NCBI GenBank assembly: GCA_963666205.1 | Contig: OY762654.1 | Coordinates: 96,001-160,000 of the forward strand | DNA from: Synergistales bacterium | GTDB lineage: Bacteria > Synergistota > Synergistia > Synergistales > JAFGMB01 | Length of the DNA stretch: 64,000 nucleotides | Direction of reading: 5' to 3' | Part shown: positions 19,029 to 29,204 of the stretch, piece by piece | Layout: each line of letters begins with the position of its first letter | How positions within the stretch are numbered: the first letter of the stretch is position 1 | Program-made: the position numbers and the translations under genes | The notes under the pieces: model-generated | Database searches by the model: none | What the model was told of the DNA's origin: nothing | Seen by the model: only the letters and a program-made list of their open reading frames with translations

Positions 19029-20153
19029 CTATCTCGTGCTACAAAAAGATCGAATTATATTCTCGATCCTTTCTGCTGCTTTGCCATCTCCGAAAGGATT
19101 CCTGGGTTTATCCGTTATCTCTTTGTAATGTTCTCTGTCTTCAATTAATCTGCGGCATTCCCGGATTATATCAGCTGTATTTGTACCGACCAGGATGCCG
19201 GTTCCCTGTTCTGTAGCTTCGGGTCTTTCAGATTGATACCTAAGGATTAACAGTGGTTTCTGAAGAGCTGTTGCTTCTTCCTGAACTCCTCCACTGTCTG
19301 AAAGTATCATATAACTGAGTTGCATAAGTCTCACAAAATCAGGATAAGAAAGTGGTTCACAGAGAGTAAGTCTTTTCTGATCTGAAAGAGAGCTATACAC
19401 TATTTTACGAACTTCCGGGTTTTTATGAACCGGGAATATGACATGGAAGTTATCATACTGGGATAACAGGGTCTTTATGGCTTTACATATAGAAGTCATG
19501 GGTTGCCCCCAGGATTCCCTTCTATGCGCTGTAACCAGCACTATCCTTTTATTTGGGGAAAGATGAGCAACACAGTCCGGTTTATATGATCCCAGATTCT
19601 CTATAGTCCAGAAAAGCGAGTCTATTACTGTATTTCCTGTAATGAAAACCTTATCACGATCCCTTCCCTCTGATATAAGGTTTTTATGGGCATGAATAGT
19701 TGGAGCGAAAAAGAGCGTAGAAAGATCATCGGCTAATATCCTGTTAAGTTCTTCCGGAAATGGAAGATAAGGGTCGTGACTTCTCAGACCAGCCTCTACG
19801 TGTCCTACAGGTATTTTACGGTAAAAAGCAGCTAAGGCGGAGGCAAATGTAGTTGTAGTATCCCCATGAACAAGAACCATATCAGGGCATTCTTTATCCA
19901 GAACCTGTCCTACCCCTTCCAATACACTGGAAGTAAGATAATCAAGAGACTGCTTTTCTTTCATTATCTTAAGGTTAAAATCAGGAAGGATGCTGAAGTG
20001 CGATAAAGCCTGATCCAGCATATCTGTGTGCTGACCAGTTGCAAGAACCCCACATTTAAATTCCTTGGACATTTGGAACTTTTTTATCACAGGAGCCATC
20101 TTTATTGCTTCAGGGCGTGTACCAACAACACAGATAAGATATTTAGTCTCCAA
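19029..20153 (-). CDS. wecB: UDP-N-acetylglucosamine 2-epimerase (non-hydrolysing)
   Basis: GTRPEAIKMAP, TGQH, VHGDT.T, GHVEAGLRS, PFPEE.NR, TAHRRE, DSGGVQEE, PFGDG.AA. Confidence 0.96.
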   Translation of the reverse strand: METKYLICVVGTRPEAIKMAPVIKKFQMSKEFKCGVLATGQHTDMLDQALSHFSILPDFNLKIMKEKQSLDYLTSSVLEGVGQVLDKECPDMVLVHGDTTTTFASALAAFYRKIPVGHVEAGLRSHDPYLPFPEELNRILADDLSTLFFAPTIHAHKNLISEGRDRDKVFITGNTVIDSLFWTIENLGSYKPDCVAHLSPNKRIVLVTAHRRESWGQPMTSICKAIKTLLSQYDNFHVIFPVHKNPEVRKIVYSSLSDQKRLTLCEPLSYPDFVRLMQLSYMILSDSGGVQEEATALQKPLLILRYQSERPEATEQGTGILVGTNTADIIRECRRLIEDREHYKEITDKPRNPFGDGKAAERIENIIRSFCSTR

Positions 20154-20173
20154 TTAGATCCTCCAGGTATAAA

Positions 20174-21061
20174 CTAAGCCCAGCATAACAAAAGGTAGAT
20201 TCCAGATGTAAGCAAAAGGCCATGTGCTATTGTAAGGGTCAAGACAGTGGAAGTTCCCGTTAACCCTCTATCAAGAAGTCGATGGTGAAGGTGTCCCCTA
20301 TCAGCCATAAAAGGAGATCCATGATGTAAAGATCTTCTGGTTATTGCAAACAGAGTATCCACTGCAGGTATTCCTCCCAATAGGGATAGTATGACAAGGA
20401 GATAAAAAAAGTCCAGTCCCCGGATCCTTTCTGGAAAGGAAAGAATTAAATGAGAGGAAAAAATAAAACCCAGCACAGTACTTCCACCATCACCCAGAAA
20501 AGTCAAAGCCCTGGGGAAGTTCCATCTCAGCAGGCCTAGAGAAAGTCCCATAAGGGGCCACCAATAGATCTTAGGCGTCCACAACGAAGTAATGAACACT
20601 GAAGTCAGAAATAGCATCAGGCATAACCCATTTATGCCATCAATGAGGTTATATGCATTTGTCATCCCGGTGATCCAGATTATGAGTATCATTTTTTCAG
20701 GCAGTCCCATACCCAGCGGAGATACTACAATGGCGGCCGCTATAAAATGGAGCCCGAATCTCAGAATCGGTCTTACCGGTGTGATGTCGTCAAGATACCC
20801 TGTGAGAAAAACCATCGTTACAGCTGTTCCATAATATCCTATCATTGCCCCTTGCGGAGAGAAAAAAAGAGTCCATAACATATAACCTGTCCATAAGACC
20901 AACCCCCCCCCATAGGGGGTAACGCTACTGTGGGTCTTTCTTCCACCCGGGAGGTCCAGTATCCGGAAACGTTTAGAAATACTTATGGATACTGGTGTTA
21001 TGATCAGACTCCAAAGGAATAGCATGCAAGAAATCCAGATAATGTGGGCAATAGAATTCAT
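20174..21061 (-). CDS. Undecaprenyl-phosphate GlcNAc-1-phosphate transferase (WecA/TagO, MraY superfamily)
   Basis: D.PGGRK.H...TP.GG, GYLDD, NAYNLIDGINGL, FLGD.GS, RR......F.AD..HLHH. Confidence 0.9.
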   Translation of the reverse strand: MNSIAHIIWISCMLFLWSLIITPVSISISKRFRILDLPGGRKTHSSVTPYGGGLVLWTGYMLWTLFFSPQGAMIGYYGTAVTMVFLTGYLDDITPVRPILRFGLHFIAAAIVVSPLGMGLPEKMILIIWITGMTNAYNLIDGINGLCLMLFLTSVFITSLWTPKIYWWPLMGLSLGLLRWNFPRALTFLGDGGSTVLGFIFSSHLILSFPERIRGLDFFYLLVILSLLGGIPAVDTLFAITRRSLHHGSPFMADRGHLHHRLLDRGLTGTSTVLTLTIAHGLLLTSGIYLLLCWA

Positions 21062-21063
21062 CT

Positions 21064-22158
21064 TTATTTTGTTCCGTAGAGACGGTCTCCTGCATCTCCA
21101 AGTCCTGGAACGATGTATGCATGGTCATTAAGATGATCATCCAGAGCGGCTATGAAGATATCGACATCAGGATGCTCAGAATGGACTCTTGCTACTCCTT
21201 CTGGTGCCCCTATCAGACAGACAAGGGAAATCTTTTTCGCACCCTTTCTTTTAATCAAGGATATGGCAGCAGAGGCAGATCCACCTGTTGCAAGCATGGG
21301 ATCGATAACCAGAATGTCTCTTTCTTCAATGTCCCCGGGAAGTTTACAATAATATTCAACAGGTTCAAAAGTCTGTGGATCGCGATATAATCCAATATGA
21401 CCTACCTTAGCATTCGGAATAAGCTGGAGAATACCGTCAACCATTCCCAGACCGGCCCTGAGAACTGGTACAATTGCTAACTTCTTGCCTGCAAGAGTGT
21501 ATGCCTCTGTCTTGGCTACAGGTGTTTCTACAGTTGTTTTTTCCAGAGGAAGATCTCTTGTAATTTCATAGACCATAAGACCGGCTATTTCCTGTACAAG
21601 TTCCCGGAATTCCTTTACTGAAGTGTTTTTATCCCTGATCATCGTAACTTTATGTTGTATAAGTGGATGATTAAAGATAACAGTTTTAGCATTTCTTTCA
21701 GAATCTGTCCGGCACATGCGCTTTTCTTCATTTGTGATCTTTTCGAATCTTCTTAAATGACGATTACCTTCAAAATCAGTATTCAGCCATGTGCTAACTA
21801 TTTCCATTGCAGCTGGTTCAGAGAGAAGTCTTGCGCCCAGTGTCAGGATATTTGCATTATTGTGGGTTCGACTTAACCGGGCAGTCTCCAGATCATGAAC
21901 TACAGCCGCATAGGCTCCAGGTACTTTGTTAGCAGCTATGGACATACCGATACCAGTACCGCAAACAAGTATACCTTTATCAGCTTTCTTATCAGCTACG
22001 AAGTTTGCCACAAGAATCGCATAATCTGGATAATCACAGCTTGTTTCCTTACTATCTGTTCCCATGTCAACAACCTCATGACCGTTCTGTACCAGATAGT
22101 CTTTTAATGACTCTTTTAAAGTAAATCCTGCATGATCTGAACCCAAGGCAATCAGCAT
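21064..22158 (-). CDS. rpiB-upp: Ribose-5-phosphate isomerase B fused to uracil phosphoribosyltransferase
   Basis: N-terminal [38 protein letters not shown]-terminal [50 protein letters not shown] in one frame. Confidence 0.95.
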   Translation of the reverse strand: MLIALGSDHAGFTLKESLKDYLVQNGHEVVDMGTDSKETSCDYPDYAILVANFVADKKADKGILVCGTGIGMSIAANKVPGAYAAVVHDLETARLSRTHNNANILTLGARLLSEPAAMEIVSTWLNTDFEGNRHLRRFEKITNEEKRMCRTDSERNAKTVIFNHPLIQHKVTMIRDKNTSVKEFRELVQEIAGLMVYEITRDLPLEKTTVETPVAKTEAYTLAGKKLAIVPVLRAGLGMVDGILQLIPNAKVGHIGLYRDPQTFEPVEYYCKLPGDIEERDILVIDPMLATGGSASAAISLIKRKGAKKISLVCLIGAPEGVARVHSEHPDVDIFIAALDDHLNDHAYIVPGLGDAGDRLYGTK

Positions 22159-22210
22159 ATGGTCAACCTCCCCGTTATTCCTTATAAATTGATTGGATGA
22201 TTTTTCTCAA

Positions 22211-22244
22211 CAGAAAGGGTACAGGAAAACCCCGTACCCCTCTG
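22211..22244 (-). terminator. Probable terminator after mmdB
   Basis: Minus strand CAGAGGGGTACGGGG-TTTT-CCTGTACCCTTTCTG hairpin. Confidence 0.6.
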
Positions 22245-22298
22245 ACGAGACATTATCAATATAAGTATAACCCTAAATGTATAGTATAGGATTTCACT

Positions 22299-23417
22299 TC
22301 AGCTCAACAGAGTAAGCATAACCCCGGCAGCGACGGCAGTACCGATTACTCCGGCCACATTCGGACCCATGGCATGCATGAGGAGGAAATTGCTGGGGTT
22401 CTCCTGCTGGCATATTCTCTGGACCACCCTGGCGGCCATGGGGACGGCACTCACTCCTGCCGCTCCTATCATGGGATTTATCTTTCCCCCGCTTATTATC
22501 TTCATAAGCTGGCCGAAGAGGGTTCCTCCGGCGGTGCTGAAGATGAAGGCCACCAGTCCCAGAAGTATTATCTTCAGAGTTCCCAGGGTCAGGAAATATT
22601 CGGCACTCATTGTGGCTCCTACCGACAGTCCGAGGAAGATGGTGGTGGCATTGAGTATCTCGTTCTGGGCCGCCTGGTTGAGCCTTTCCGTAACTCCGCA
22701 TTCCCGGAGAAGGTTGCCGAACATGAGCACTCCTATGAGGGGTACACTTGCCGGCAGGATAAGGCCGGCTGCTATGGTGCATATGACGGGAAAGAGCACT
22801 CTCTCAAGCTTGCTAACAGGACGGAGATTGTCCATCCTTATGGCACGGTCCTCCTTCGTGGTAAGCATCCTTATCACGGGCGGCTGAATGAGGGGCACCA
22901 GGGCCATGTAGCTGTAGGCCGCCACCGCTACGGCTCCCAGTATCTGGGGTGCCAGCTTGATGGTCAGGTATATGCTCGTGGGACCGTCCGCTCCTCCTAT
23001 GATGGCTATGGAGGCTGCTTCCTTCACGCTGAAACCGAGCATGAGCGCTCCGAAGAGGGCTATGAATACTCCCAGCTGCGCCGCCGCTCCAAGAAGAAAG
23101 GTTACGGGGTTGGCCAGAAGGGGCGCAAAGTCCGTCAGCGCTCCCACTCCCATGAAGATTATTACGGGATATATCTCGTGCTGGGTTCCGAAAAATATGT
23201 AATACAGAAATCCGCCTTCGTCCATTATCCCCGACAGAGGCAGGTTAACAAGGAGGCATCCGAAGGCTATGGGTACGAGCAGAAGGGGCTCGAATCCCTT
23301 CCTTATGGCCAGGTAGAGCATGACGAAGGCCACAAGGAGCATGGTGATGTTACCTCCACTTATGCCGGCAAAGCCGGATTCGTTCATTATCTTGACAAGT
23401 GCTTCAAAATATACCAT
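22299..23417 (-). CDS. mmdB: Na+-translocating decarboxylase beta subunit
   Basis: FEPLLLVPI.FG, IF.GVGA.TDF, GAAAQ.G, IIGGADGPT, AVAAYSYMALVP.IQPP, GVSAVPMAARV, HAMGPNVAGVIG. Confidence 0.95.
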   Translation of the reverse strand: MVYFEALVKIMNESGFAGISGGNITMLLVAFVMLYLAIRKGFEPLLLVPIAFGCLLVNLPLSGIMDEGGFLYYIFFGTQHEIYPVIIFMGVGALTDFAPLLANPVTFLLGAAAQLGVFIALFGALMLGFSVKEAASIAIIGGADGPTSIYLTIKLAPQILGAVAVAAYSYMALVPLIQPPVIRMLTTKEDRAIRMDNLRPVSKLERVLFPVICTIAAGLILPASVPLIGVLMFGNLLRECGVTERLNQAAQNEILNATTIFLGLSVGATMSAEYFLTLGTLKIILLGLVAFIFSTAGGTLFGQLMKIISGGKINPMIGAAGVSAVPMAARVVQRICQQENPSNFLLMHAMGPNVAGVIGTAVAAGVMLTLLS

Positions 23418-23488
23418 AGGGGCGTTTCTCCCTCCTTTGTCCTCTTTCCTGTTTCCCAGTCCGGTAACTGGTTAAAGGGGAGGGACTT

Positions 23489-23896
23489 CTAGCCTATCAC
23501 TAACAGAAGGTCTCCGGTGTTTACGGAGTCACCGTCATGTGCCCTTACTTCCTTCACTGTGCCGCCGGCGGGAGCAAGTATCTCGTTCTCCATCTTCATG
23601 GCTTCCAGAACCAGAAGAAGATCCCCTGCGTTCACCGCTGCTCCACTCTGGACAACCACCCTCAGTACCTTGCCGGGCATGGGGGCGGATATCTCCGTTC
23701 CCTCTACGGGGCCTGCCGGTGCCGGCGCTGCTGCTGGTTTGGGGGCAGGAGATGCTGCCGGCGCCGCTGCTGGTGCCGCTACTGCTGCCGTAACTGGTGC
23801 TGGGCTCGATGATGCGGGTGCACTGCTGCCTCCGAGTTCTTCCACTTCTACTTCGTAACTCGTTCCATCTACGGTCACTCTGTATTTCTTTGCCAT
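23489..23896 (-). CDS. mmdC: Biotin carrier (gamma) subunit of methylmalonyl-CoA decarboxylase
   Basis: KY.VTV.G..YEVEVEE, Ala/Pro linker, APMPG, LEAMKMENEI. Confidence 0.93.
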   Translation of the reverse strand: MAKKYRVTVDGTSYEVEVEELGGSSAPASSSPAPVTAAVAAPAAAPAASPAPKPAAAPAPAGPVEGTEISAPMPGKVLRVVVQSGAAVNAGDLLLVLEAMKMENEILAPAGGTVKEVRAHDGDSVNTGDLLLVIG

Positions 23897-23929
23897 CTTA
23901 TCTTCCTCCCGGACTTCCCACCTATGTTG

Positions 23930-23961
23930 GATTTTAGATTTTAGATTTTAGATTTTAGATT
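23930..23961. repeat. Heptamer tandem repeat (GATTTTA)x4 + GATT
   Basis: gattttagattttagattttagattttagatt in the mmdD-mmdC spacer. Confidence 0.95.
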
Positions 23962-24057
23962 AAGGCCATTCAGAAACGCTGAAAACATTCAAACAGTTTA
24001 AAACGTTTATATCCTTCGATCAGTCTGTCCCAGGGGGGGCAGTTTAATTCCCCGTCC

Positions 24058-24492
24058 TCAGGCCTTCCTCTTCCAGGGGTCCTTTACCATTCCCTGGTAG
24101 TTCTCCAGAAGGGCACTGGCCCTCCAGCCTCCTGAAAGAGTTCCCCTTACCCCACTGCCTGCGGGCGTTATGCTCTTTATCCTTACTGCCCTGCCTGTGG
24201 AGGCGAGGATGGCTGCACTTATGGCCGCTGCCAGCTTCCCTCCTTCAGGGGTCGACGGCGCTCGGGATGATACCTCTGCTGCCGGGCTTTCCTTCGGGGG
24301 GGCTGACTTTACCCTTTCCCCTCCCCTGGGGGGGGTGACTCCCTTATTACCCATTCCTCCTCCGAGGGCTGCCAGATACTTCACACAGTAGATAATGAGG
24401 GTCAGTCCTCCAAGTACCAGAAAGACCGTAGAAAAGGCTATGAGGGCGAGGCTCAGGGCCCCTCCTATTCCGTTGCTGAACTGGTTGCCCAT
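24058..24492 (-). CDS. mmdD: OadG/MmdD-family (delta) subunit
   Basis: N-terminal TM (F..VF.VL..L), Pro/Ala linker, AAISAAI, C-terminal W; position between alpha and biotin subunits. Confidence 0.85.
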   Translation of the reverse strand: MGNQFSNGIGGALSLALIAFSTVFLVLGGLTLIIYCVKYLAALGGGMGNKGVTPPRGGERVKSAPPKESPAAEVSSRAPSTPEGGKLAAAISAAILASTGRAVRIKSITPAGSGVRGTLSGGWRASALLENYQGMVKDPWKRKA

Positions 24493-24518
24493 GGTGTGTC
24501 TCTCTCCTCCCTCGTCCC

Positions 24519-26078
24519 CTACTGGGGCATTACGGAATGTTTCTTCCGGGGCAGGCTTTCCCTCTTGCCTTCCGTGGCCTTGAGGGCTTCGTAGATCTCA
24601 CCTCGGGTCTCTTCCGGAAGGATAACCCTGTCTACCAGTCCTCGCTTGGCTGCCTGGTAGGGGTTGGCAAAGGCTTCCCTGTATTCATCTATCTTCTGCT
24701 GCCTCTCTAGCTGCTGGTCCGCCGCTTTCTCGATTTCCTTACGAAATACTATGTTCGCGGCTCCTTCGGCTCCCATAACGGCTATCTCTGCCTGGGGCCA
24801 GGCAAGTACCATGTCAGCTCCAAGGGCCTTGCTGCACATTCCCAGGTAGGCTCCTCCATAGCTCTTCCGAAGGACTACCGTGATCAGGGGTACTGTGGCT
24901 TCGCTGTAGGCGTAAAGAAGCTTGGCTCCATGCCTTATAATACCGCCCCATTCCTGCGCGGTACCGGGTAGATAGCCGGGTACGTCCACAAAGGTCACTA
25001 TGGGTATGTTGAAGGCATCGCAGTGGCGGATAAAACGGCTGGCCTTGTCTGAACAGTCTATGTCCAGGCAGCCTGCCATGTTGCTGGCCTGGTTGGCCAC
25101 TATGCCCACTGCTTTCCCTCCGATCCTTCCGTAACCGGTGACTATGTTCTTCGCCCAGAGAGCCTGCACTTCAAAAAAACGGCCATCGTCAAGCACTCTC
25201 TTCAGTACTTCATGAACATGGTAACTCTTGTTCGGGTTCGTGGGCACTATGTTCCTGAGTTCCAGATCCCTCCGGTAGGGATCGTCATCGCTCTCCTTAA
25301 CGGGCGCATCCTCCATGTTGTTGGAGGGCAGGTAACCAAGTACTGTCCTTACCTGTTCAAAACATTCCTGCTCGCTCTTCGCAAAAAAATGGGCGTTCCC
25401 GCTGCGGCTGTTGTGCGCCATGGCTCCGCCTATCTGTTCGCTGGTAACTTCCTCTCCCGTGACCGCCTTGATCACGGCGGGCCCCGTTATATGCATTATC
25501 CCCGTCTTGTCCACCATGAAAATGTAGTCCGTCAGCGCTGGACTGTAAACAGCACCTCCCGCTGTGGGACCTACTATCACTGACAGCTGGGGAATTACTC
25601 CGCTGGCTATGGTGTTACGGTAAAATATACCACCGTATCCGTCCAGTGAATCCACCGCTTCCTGGATCCTCGCTCCTCCACTGTCGTTGATGCCTACTAC
25701 AGGGGCTCCGTTCCTCATCGCAAGGTCCATTACCTTCCAGATCTTGTGGGCATGCTTCTCTCCCAATGAACCTCCCAGTACAGTGAAATCCTGGCTGTAT
25801 ACGTATACCGGACGACCTTCCACTGTCCCCCAGCCCGTCACTACTCCGTCCCCGGGATATACCTTGCTCTCCATTCCAAAATGGCTGCAGCGGTGCTCCA
25901 CAAATTCGTCTATCTCTATAAAACTGCCTGCGTCAAGTAATAGCTCTATCCTCTCCCGCGCCGTCAGCTTACCCTTAGACTTCTGCTTCTCTATCGCCCC
26001 GGGACCGCCTCCCTCGCGGACCTGCTCTCGCTTCGCCTCCAATTGCTCACATAGTTCGTCTATATGCCTCTCCGACAT
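24519..26078 (-). CDS. mmdA: Acyl-CoA carboxyltransferase, methylmalonyl-CoA decarboxylase alpha subunit
   Basis: KGKLTARERI..LLD, GDGVVTG.G, QDFTVLGGSLG, DSGGARIQE, GGAVYSPALTD, DVPGYLPG, GAKLLYAYSEATVP, PRKKH..MP. Confidence 0.93.
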   Translation of the reverse strand: MSERHIDELCEQLEAKREQVREGGGPGAIEKQKSKGKLTARERIELLLDAGSFIEIDEFVEHRCSHFGMESKVYPGDGVVTGWGTVEGRPVYVYSQDFTVLGGSLGEKHAHKIWKVMDLAMRNGAPVVGINDSGGARIQEAVDSLDGYGGIFYRNTIASGVIPQLSVIVGPTAGGAVYSPALTDYIFMVDKTGIMHITGPAVIKAVTGEEVTSEQIGGAMAHNSRSGNAHFFAKSEQECFEQVRTVLGYLPSNNMEDAPVKESDDDPYRRDLELRNIVPTNPNKSYHVHEVLKRVLDDGRFFEVQALWAKNIVTGYGRIGGKAVGIVANQASNMAGCLDIDCSDKASRFIRHCDAFNIPIVTFVDVPGYLPGTAQEWGGIIRHGAKLLYAYSEATVPLITVVLRKSYGGAYLGMCSKALGADMVLAWPQAEIAVMGAEGAANIVFRKEIEKAADQQLERQQKIDEYREAFANPYQAAKRGLVDRVILPEETRGEIYEALKATEGKRESLPRKKHSVMPQ

Positions 26079-26115
26079 GGCCTTCGCATTCCTCCTTATA
26101 GAAAGATCATGAAGA

Positions 26116-27057
26116 TCAATTATTTAAAAAAACCATTTCCAGTATTTTACCGGCAACTGTATAAGGGTCTGTCTTTTTGGCCAGCAATGAGTCAAGAAGT
26201 TCCCGGGTGCAGTGCTCTTTCCATGTTTTTTCTGTGAATCGAGCTATCTCTCGCTGCAGTATCTCTTCAACTTCTATGGTTATCCTTTTCAATTTTTTAT
26301 CCAAACCTTCTCTTGATCCAGAGAGGAATCTTCCGTGGTCCATAAGACTCTGAGTCAGTTCTGGGAGACCTTTTGCTTTCTCTGCAACAGTAGTTAGCAC
26401 CGGTGGGGTCCAGGTTCCATGTTTTACGAGATCCAGCATTATCCTGACTTCCGCTACGACTCGTTCAAAACCATCCCTGTCTGCCTTATTGACGACGAAA
26501 ACATCTGCTATTTCCATAATTCCTGCTTTCATTATCTGTATATCATCGCCCATACCGGGTACAAGTATAAGGCATACGCTGTCAGCGATCTTGACAATAT
26601 CTATTTCTGACTGGCCAACTCCAACAGTTTCGATAAATATTACATCCTTACCGCAAGCATCAAGAATCATCGCTGCCTCATATGTTGACTTTGCAAGACC
26701 TCCCAGAGATCCCCTGGTCCCCATACTTCTGATATAGACATTAGGGTCCACTGAATGCCTCTGCATCCTGATTCTATCGGCAAGAATAGCCCCACCAGTA
26801 AAGGGGCTTGAAGGGTCAACGGCAATAACTCCAACGTTCTTCCCCTGCTGTTTAAAGTTGTCTATGAGCTTATCCGTCAGAGTGCTTTTTCCTGCTCCCG
26901 GACTTCCGGTAATACCGATAATATGAGCATTACCAGTATGAGGATATATCAATTTCATAATTTCTTCAGTATAAGGAGATTCACTTTCAACCATTGTGAT
27001 GATCCGCGCAATCGATCGAATATGTCCTCCAAGAGCTTTCTGAACTAAAGCCTGCAA
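26116..27057 (-). CDS. meaB: Methylmalonyl-CoA mutase-associated GTPase MeaB
   Basis: GITGSPGAGKST, AVDPSSPFTGGAIL.DRIRM, RSM.TRG.LGGL, ETVGVGQSE, GDDIQ..KAGIMEIAD. Confidence 0.96.
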   Translation of the reverse strand: MQALVQKALGGHIRSIARIITMVESESPYTEEIMKLIYPHTGNAHIIGITGSPGAGKSTLTDKLIDNFKQQGKNVGVIAVDPSSPFTGGAILADRIRMQRHSVDPNVYIRSMGTRGSLGGLAKSTYEAAMILDACGKDVIFIETVGVGQSEIDIVKIADSVCLILVPGMGDDIQIMKAGIMEIADVFVVNKADRDGFERVVAEVRIMLDLVKHGTWTPPVLTTVAEKAKGLPELTQSLMDHGRFLSGSREGLDKKLKRITIEVEEILQREIARFTEKTWKEHCTRELLDSLLAKKTDPYTVAGKILEMVFLNN

Positions 27058-27060
27058 TTT

Positions 27061-27480
27061 TTAACGTGTCTCCATGGCTCGTTTTTCTTTAACAGCATTT
27101 TTAAGCCAATCTGAACATGATGTGGTGGGCGTTCCAGGACCAAAAATAGCCCCTGCTCCAATTTCAAGAAGATGGGGAACATCATCTTCAGGTATAACTC
27201 CTCCTCCAAAAACAATAATGTCGGAGGCTTCCTTCTCTTTAAGAAGATCTATTACCTTAGAAAAATAGTACTCATGTGCACCAGAAAGGATACTAATACC
27301 GATTGCATCTGCATCTTCCTGTATTGCTGTCTCGACGATCTGTTCCGGGGTCTGGCGAAGGCCTGTATAGATAACCTCCATTCCTGAATCTCTGAGAGCC
27401 CTTGCGATCACCTTTGCTCCCCTGTCATGTCCATCCAGGCCAGGTTTGGCCACTACAACACGGATCTTATCTTCAGCCAT
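27061..27480 (-). CDS. Methylmalonyl-CoA mutase small, cobalamin-binding subunit
   Basis: [34 protein letters not shown]. Confidence 0.95.
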   Translation of the reverse strand: MAEDKIRVVVAKPGLDGHDRGAKVIARALRDSGMEVIYTGLRQTPEQIVETAIQEDADAIGISILSGAHEYYFSKVIDLLKEKEASDIIVFGGGVIPEDDVPHLLEIGAGAIFGPGTPTTSCSDWLKNAVKEKRAMETR

Positions 27481-27521
27481 GATAATATTCCTCCTCTTGA
27501 GATCTTTTTATAATAAAGATC

Positions 27522-29204
27522 TTAAAGAACAATGTTTTCAGTGTATTCTCCGAATTCTTCCCTGAGAACACCACAGATCTCACCTTCGGTAGCATAACAC
27601 TTTACAGCGTCAATAATACGAGGCATCATATTGAGAGATTCGTCCCGCGCTGCACTTCTGACTTCCTCTAGTGAATTCTGAACGGCAATGTTATCCCTTG
27701 TCTCCTTCATCTTTTTCAGTCTGGATATCTGCATTCGACCAACAGACTCATCAACTTTAAGAAGTTGAAGATCTCTACGTTCTTCTTCCATTCTAAATTT
27801 GTTTACGCCAACTACTATGAGATCTTCATTTTCAATTGCTTTCTGATATTCGTATGCGGCATCCTGAATCTGTTTCTGAACATATCCTTTCTCTATGGCG
27901 ACCAACATTCCATCCATATCATCTATCTTCCTGATATATTCTTCAGCCTTTGTCTGAATATCATTTGTGAGGGCTTCAATGGCATAACTTCCAGCAATTG
28001 GGTCAACTGTATCTGTAACTCCGGACTCATTAGCTATGATCTGTTGTGTCTTCAAGGCAATACCAACACTCTTTTCAGTAGGTAAAGCAAGAGCCTCATC
28101 CATGCTGTTCGTGTGCAACGATTGTGTTCCTCCCAGAACAGCAGAAAGTGCCTGCAGTGCGACTCTCACAATATTATTTTCCGGCTGTTGAGCCGTAAGT
28201 GTACATCCTGCAGTCTGAGTATGGAATCGAAGCATCTGGGCTTTGGGATCTGTTACGCCAAATCGGGTTTTCATTATCTGTGCCCACATTCTTCTGGCTG
28301 CCCTGAACTTTGCTATCTCTTCAAGGAATCCATTATGTGCATTAAAGAAGAATGACAGTCTCTTTCCAAATATATTTGGATCCAGACCAGCTTTTATGGC
28401 AGCCTCAACATATGCTATAGCATCAGCAAGTGTAAATGCGACCTCCTGTGCTGCTGTGCTTCCCGCTTCTCTTATATGATACCCTGAAATAGAAATAGTA
28501 TTCCATTTTGGAACATTTTCACTACAAAACCCGAATATATCAGTAATCAGCCGCATAGAAGGTTTGGGCGGGAAAATGTAGGTTCCACGGGCAATGTATT
28601 CCTTCAGGATATCATTCTGAATGGTCCCGGAAAGTCGGTCCATTGGTATACCCTGTTTTTCTCCTACACAGATATACATGGCCAGGAGCACAGCCGCAGG
28701 TGCATTAATGGTCATTGAAGTTGACACTTTATCAAGAGGAATATGGTCAAACAGAGTTTCCATGTCAGCCAGACTATCTATGGCAACCCCTACTTTCCCG
28801 CATTCACCCTGTGCCATTGGATGATCCGAATCGTAACCTATCTGTGTTGGGAGGTCAAAGGCAACAGAAAGACCAGATCCACCCTGAGAAAGAAGATATC
28901 TGTATCGCTTGTTCGATTCTTCAGCCGTAGAAAATCCGGCATACATTCTCATTGTCCAGAATCGACCTCTATACATATTTGGCTGGACACCCCTGGTATA
29001 GGGATAGTGCCCCGGATAACCGATATCCAAGCCGTAATCCTGATTCTGTATATCTTCCGGAGTGTAAACCCTTTTCAGAGGTATACCACCTACTGTTGTA
29101 AATTGTTTCTTTCGTTCAGGATTTTTCGATAAAACCTTGTCAACTGCGATTTCATAGGATCGCTTTAATTCCTGAATTTCTTGGAGTTCTTTTTTTTCAA
29201 ACAC
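27522..29204 (-). CDS. Methylmalonyl-CoA mutase large, substrate-binding subunit
   Basis: [17 protein letters not shown] (Tyr, MCM-type), [17 protein letters not shown] (Arg, MCM-type), [23 protein letters not shown]. Confidence 0.95.
   Translation of the reverse strand: MFEKKELQEIQELKRSYEIAVDKVLSKNPERKKQFTTVGGIPLKRVYTPEDIQNQDYGLDIGYPGHYPYTRGVQPNMYRGRFWTMRMYAGFSTAEESNKRYRYLLSQGGSGLSVAFDLPTQIGYDSDHPMAQGECGKVGVAIDSLADMETLFDHIPLDKVSTSMTINAPAAVLLAMYICVGEKQGIPMDRLSGTIQNDILKEYIARGTYIFPPKPSMRLITDIFGFCSENVPKWNTISISGYHIREAGSTAAQEVAFTLADAIAYVEAAIKAGLDPNIFGKRLSFFFNAHNGFLEEIAKFRAARRMWAQIMKTRFGVTDPKAQMLRFHTQTAGCTLTAQQPENNIVRVALQALSAVLGGTQSLHTNSMDEALALPTEKSVGIALKTQQIIANESGVTDTVDPIAGSYAIEALTNDIQTKAEEYIRKIDDMDGMLVAIEKGYVQKQIQDAAYEYQKAIENEDLIVVGVNKFRMEEERRDLQLLKVDESVGRMQISRLKKMKETRDNIAVQNSLEEVRSAARDESLNMMPRIIDAVKCYATEGEICGVLREEFGEYTENIVL

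Noticed and set aside
22374-23492. 372-aa plus-strand ORF, with nearby 22369-22887 (+) and 22294-22782 (-)
   Set aside because: Antisense or alternate-frame shadows of the GC-rich mmdB gene; no recognisable motifs.
23930-24010. Repeats considered as a possible CRISPR array
   Set aside because: Units are 7-9 bp, contiguous and without spacers; no cas genes in the window.
27522-29204. Possibility that the mutase is an isobutyryl-CoA or 2-hydroxyisobutyryl-CoA mutase
   Set aside because: Specificity positions show Tyr (RMYAGF) and Arg (EYIARGT), as in methylmalonyl-CoA mutase.
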